From the NCBI GenBank assembly GCA_030704615.1, contig CM060734.1, forward strand, positions 41,478,001 to 41,542,000: a stretch of DNA of 64,000 bases. The letters run 5' to 3'. Under the pieces are notes generated by a model. The model did no database searches. It had not been told where the DNA came from and saw only the letters and a program-made list of their open reading frames with translations. Made by a program: the position numbers and the translations under genes. Positions 62,273-64,000 of this stretch are shown piece by piece (within the stretch, counting starts at the first letter, position 1; each line of letters starts with the position of its first letter). This DNA comes from Takakia lepidozioides. Lineage: Eukaryota; Plantae; Bryophyta.

Positions 62273-64000
62273 GGCAAGCGGCATCTGAGGAGAGAAGCCG
62301 TACCGGGAATGTTGGGCTGGGCTGGATCCGCGGAAATCGCAGCGACCGGGCGGGGCAGCGGGCAGCGGGCGTAACACCGCGGCGAAGTCAGCCGGATAGG
62401 CACCGCGGCGATGCCCCGGCGACTTGTGTGCCGGCCGAGGAGCGGGCCCGCCGGCGTAAAGTACGGGGACAGCGCACGATTCCGGCGAGCGAGAGGCATC
62501 GGCGGCCACGCTGCGCTGTTTGTAGCTGCGTTTGGCTGGCGCGGGCCCGACATTACCCGGCCGGGCCGTCGCGCCTATTCCCGATCATGGCTCGTCTGCC
62601 TTCCTGTGCTGCTTCCACCCGCTGCCGCGTGTCCCTCGTCGCTTCCTGCGTCTTGTCCGGCAGCAACTCCCCAGCCTACGCCGCAAGTGCCCGGCGCTGC
62701 AAGTCATTACGTTTGCGCGGCTGACCGCCCGTCGGCCTCGCAACAAAACGCGCGGGCGCGCTACTGAGCACCCCGCTCTTCACTCACATTTATACTCGTT
62801 ATCGGGGACGTCTTGAAGGCGCCTCCGCGACACGATCGAGGTAGCAGGGATTTGAGCCCACAATCACCTGCGTGGCGCTCAGTGCGCTATCCGTCCCAGC
62901 TACCGACTGCTGCTTATTATTGCACTTTTTGACATTCCCCACTCAATGCGCTGCGCCTCCTCTTTTCTAGCGCTTTGCTACCTAATACTGCAGGCTCGCC
63001 ACTCCCGGGATTTGAACTAGCGATCATCCCGACACCAGTCCACCGTATAACTGCCGGGCGCGCCATCAGGGCGTTACCGTCATGTGAGTGCCGCGTGAGT
63101 ACATGGTGCGGGGCGCATGTGCCTACGCCGTAACATGATGACGCATCATGTGCCCTACACGTAGCCTCGTATAGTACAGTATAATACATATATATCTACT
63201 AATAGGCGTACGCATGCGAGTGTAGAGATACGCGTGTGCGTAGGGTGGCCGACCTAGGATGGTTGGGTGGTGTGATAATTAGGGCATCACCGCAATGTGA
63301 CGTGGCATCTGCTCGTGTTTGTTGTGGATCACAAGCTGCTCTTCACTGTCCACTAACCCTACCCTGTGCTTTGTCGTTTTATTCTATTTTCATGTCTAAT
63401 AAAAGAGTCGGGATGGCCCGGCTCTTCTGTGATACTAAAAACCAACCGTTGGACCTTTTAACCTCTGAATCTTGGTTCTTCTTGTTGGGACGACCAGAGG
63501 GTCAAACAATGTTCATTTTCACACCAAAGAACTATTTAAAGACATTTTCCCCGATAAATGCGATAGTTCGTAGGCAGGGTGCGGACAATGTCTCACGACA
63601 AAAGGAAAGATGATGAGAGAGGTAACTTACGTATTGACGGCAACAGGTGGTGATGAGTATGAAGTGACAGCTCTCAACAAACTGAAATCAAAGTCAAACG
63701 AATAAAAAAACTTGTTCGTGGGTCCCTAGTCCCTACACGTTGCCGGCCAAGTCAAAGAAAAAATACAAAAGTACCGTCGAGTCGACTCTTGGTAGGTAAC
63801 GTTAGTGACCAAAGAAACGAAAAGGAGAGAGAGCAAACGTATTGTAGCGCATACACGTACATGTATAATATTGTAAAATATGGGTCGGGGTAAAATCCGG
63901 ATGAAAAGAGTGCCGACACGACACACGTTTTTGCTCGGCGCGGACCACCGGTTTGTGCATTCACGTGGCCACTTGGCACCGTATCTGGCAGGTGCCACGG

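Noticed and set aside
60277-62816. Many overlapping Arg/Pro/Ala-rich ORFs
   Set aside because: Expected from high GC and low stop frequency, with no protein motifs or consistent exon structure.

Overview
Eukaryotic nuclear DNA, most consistent with a non-seed land plant (spliceosomal GT-AG introns, plant-type SDH1 and MDAR, a FAM228-like gene typical of lineages with flagellated cells). This organism call is an inference. Two host genes are present: an intact 16-exon succinate dehydrogenase flavoprotein gene (SDH1, 12155-25109, -) and a multi-exon FAM228-like gene (~1793-6985, +). The rest is mostly transposons and gene debris: Helitron, two LINE families that sit in (CT)n microsatellites, hAT MITEs, PIF/Harbinger and pogo remnants, and fragments of CDC123, HDHD5/CECR5, MDAR, a 2OG-dioxygenase and others. 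The main finding is two co-oriented, decayed copies (28315-34700 and ~36418-45570, -) of a Ty3/Gypsy LTR retrotransposon. Its reconstructed polyprotein is Gag - aspartic protease - Dnmt3-like cytosine-5 DNA methyltransferase - RT - RNase H - integrase - PHD finger. Copy B also has an extra ORF upstream of gag. Both copies keep the same in-frame TAG-CAA-CCA (a CARYYA readthrough context) between the methyltransferase and RT, which suggests programmed stop-codon readthrough. All family assignments are by eye from motifs; no database search was run.
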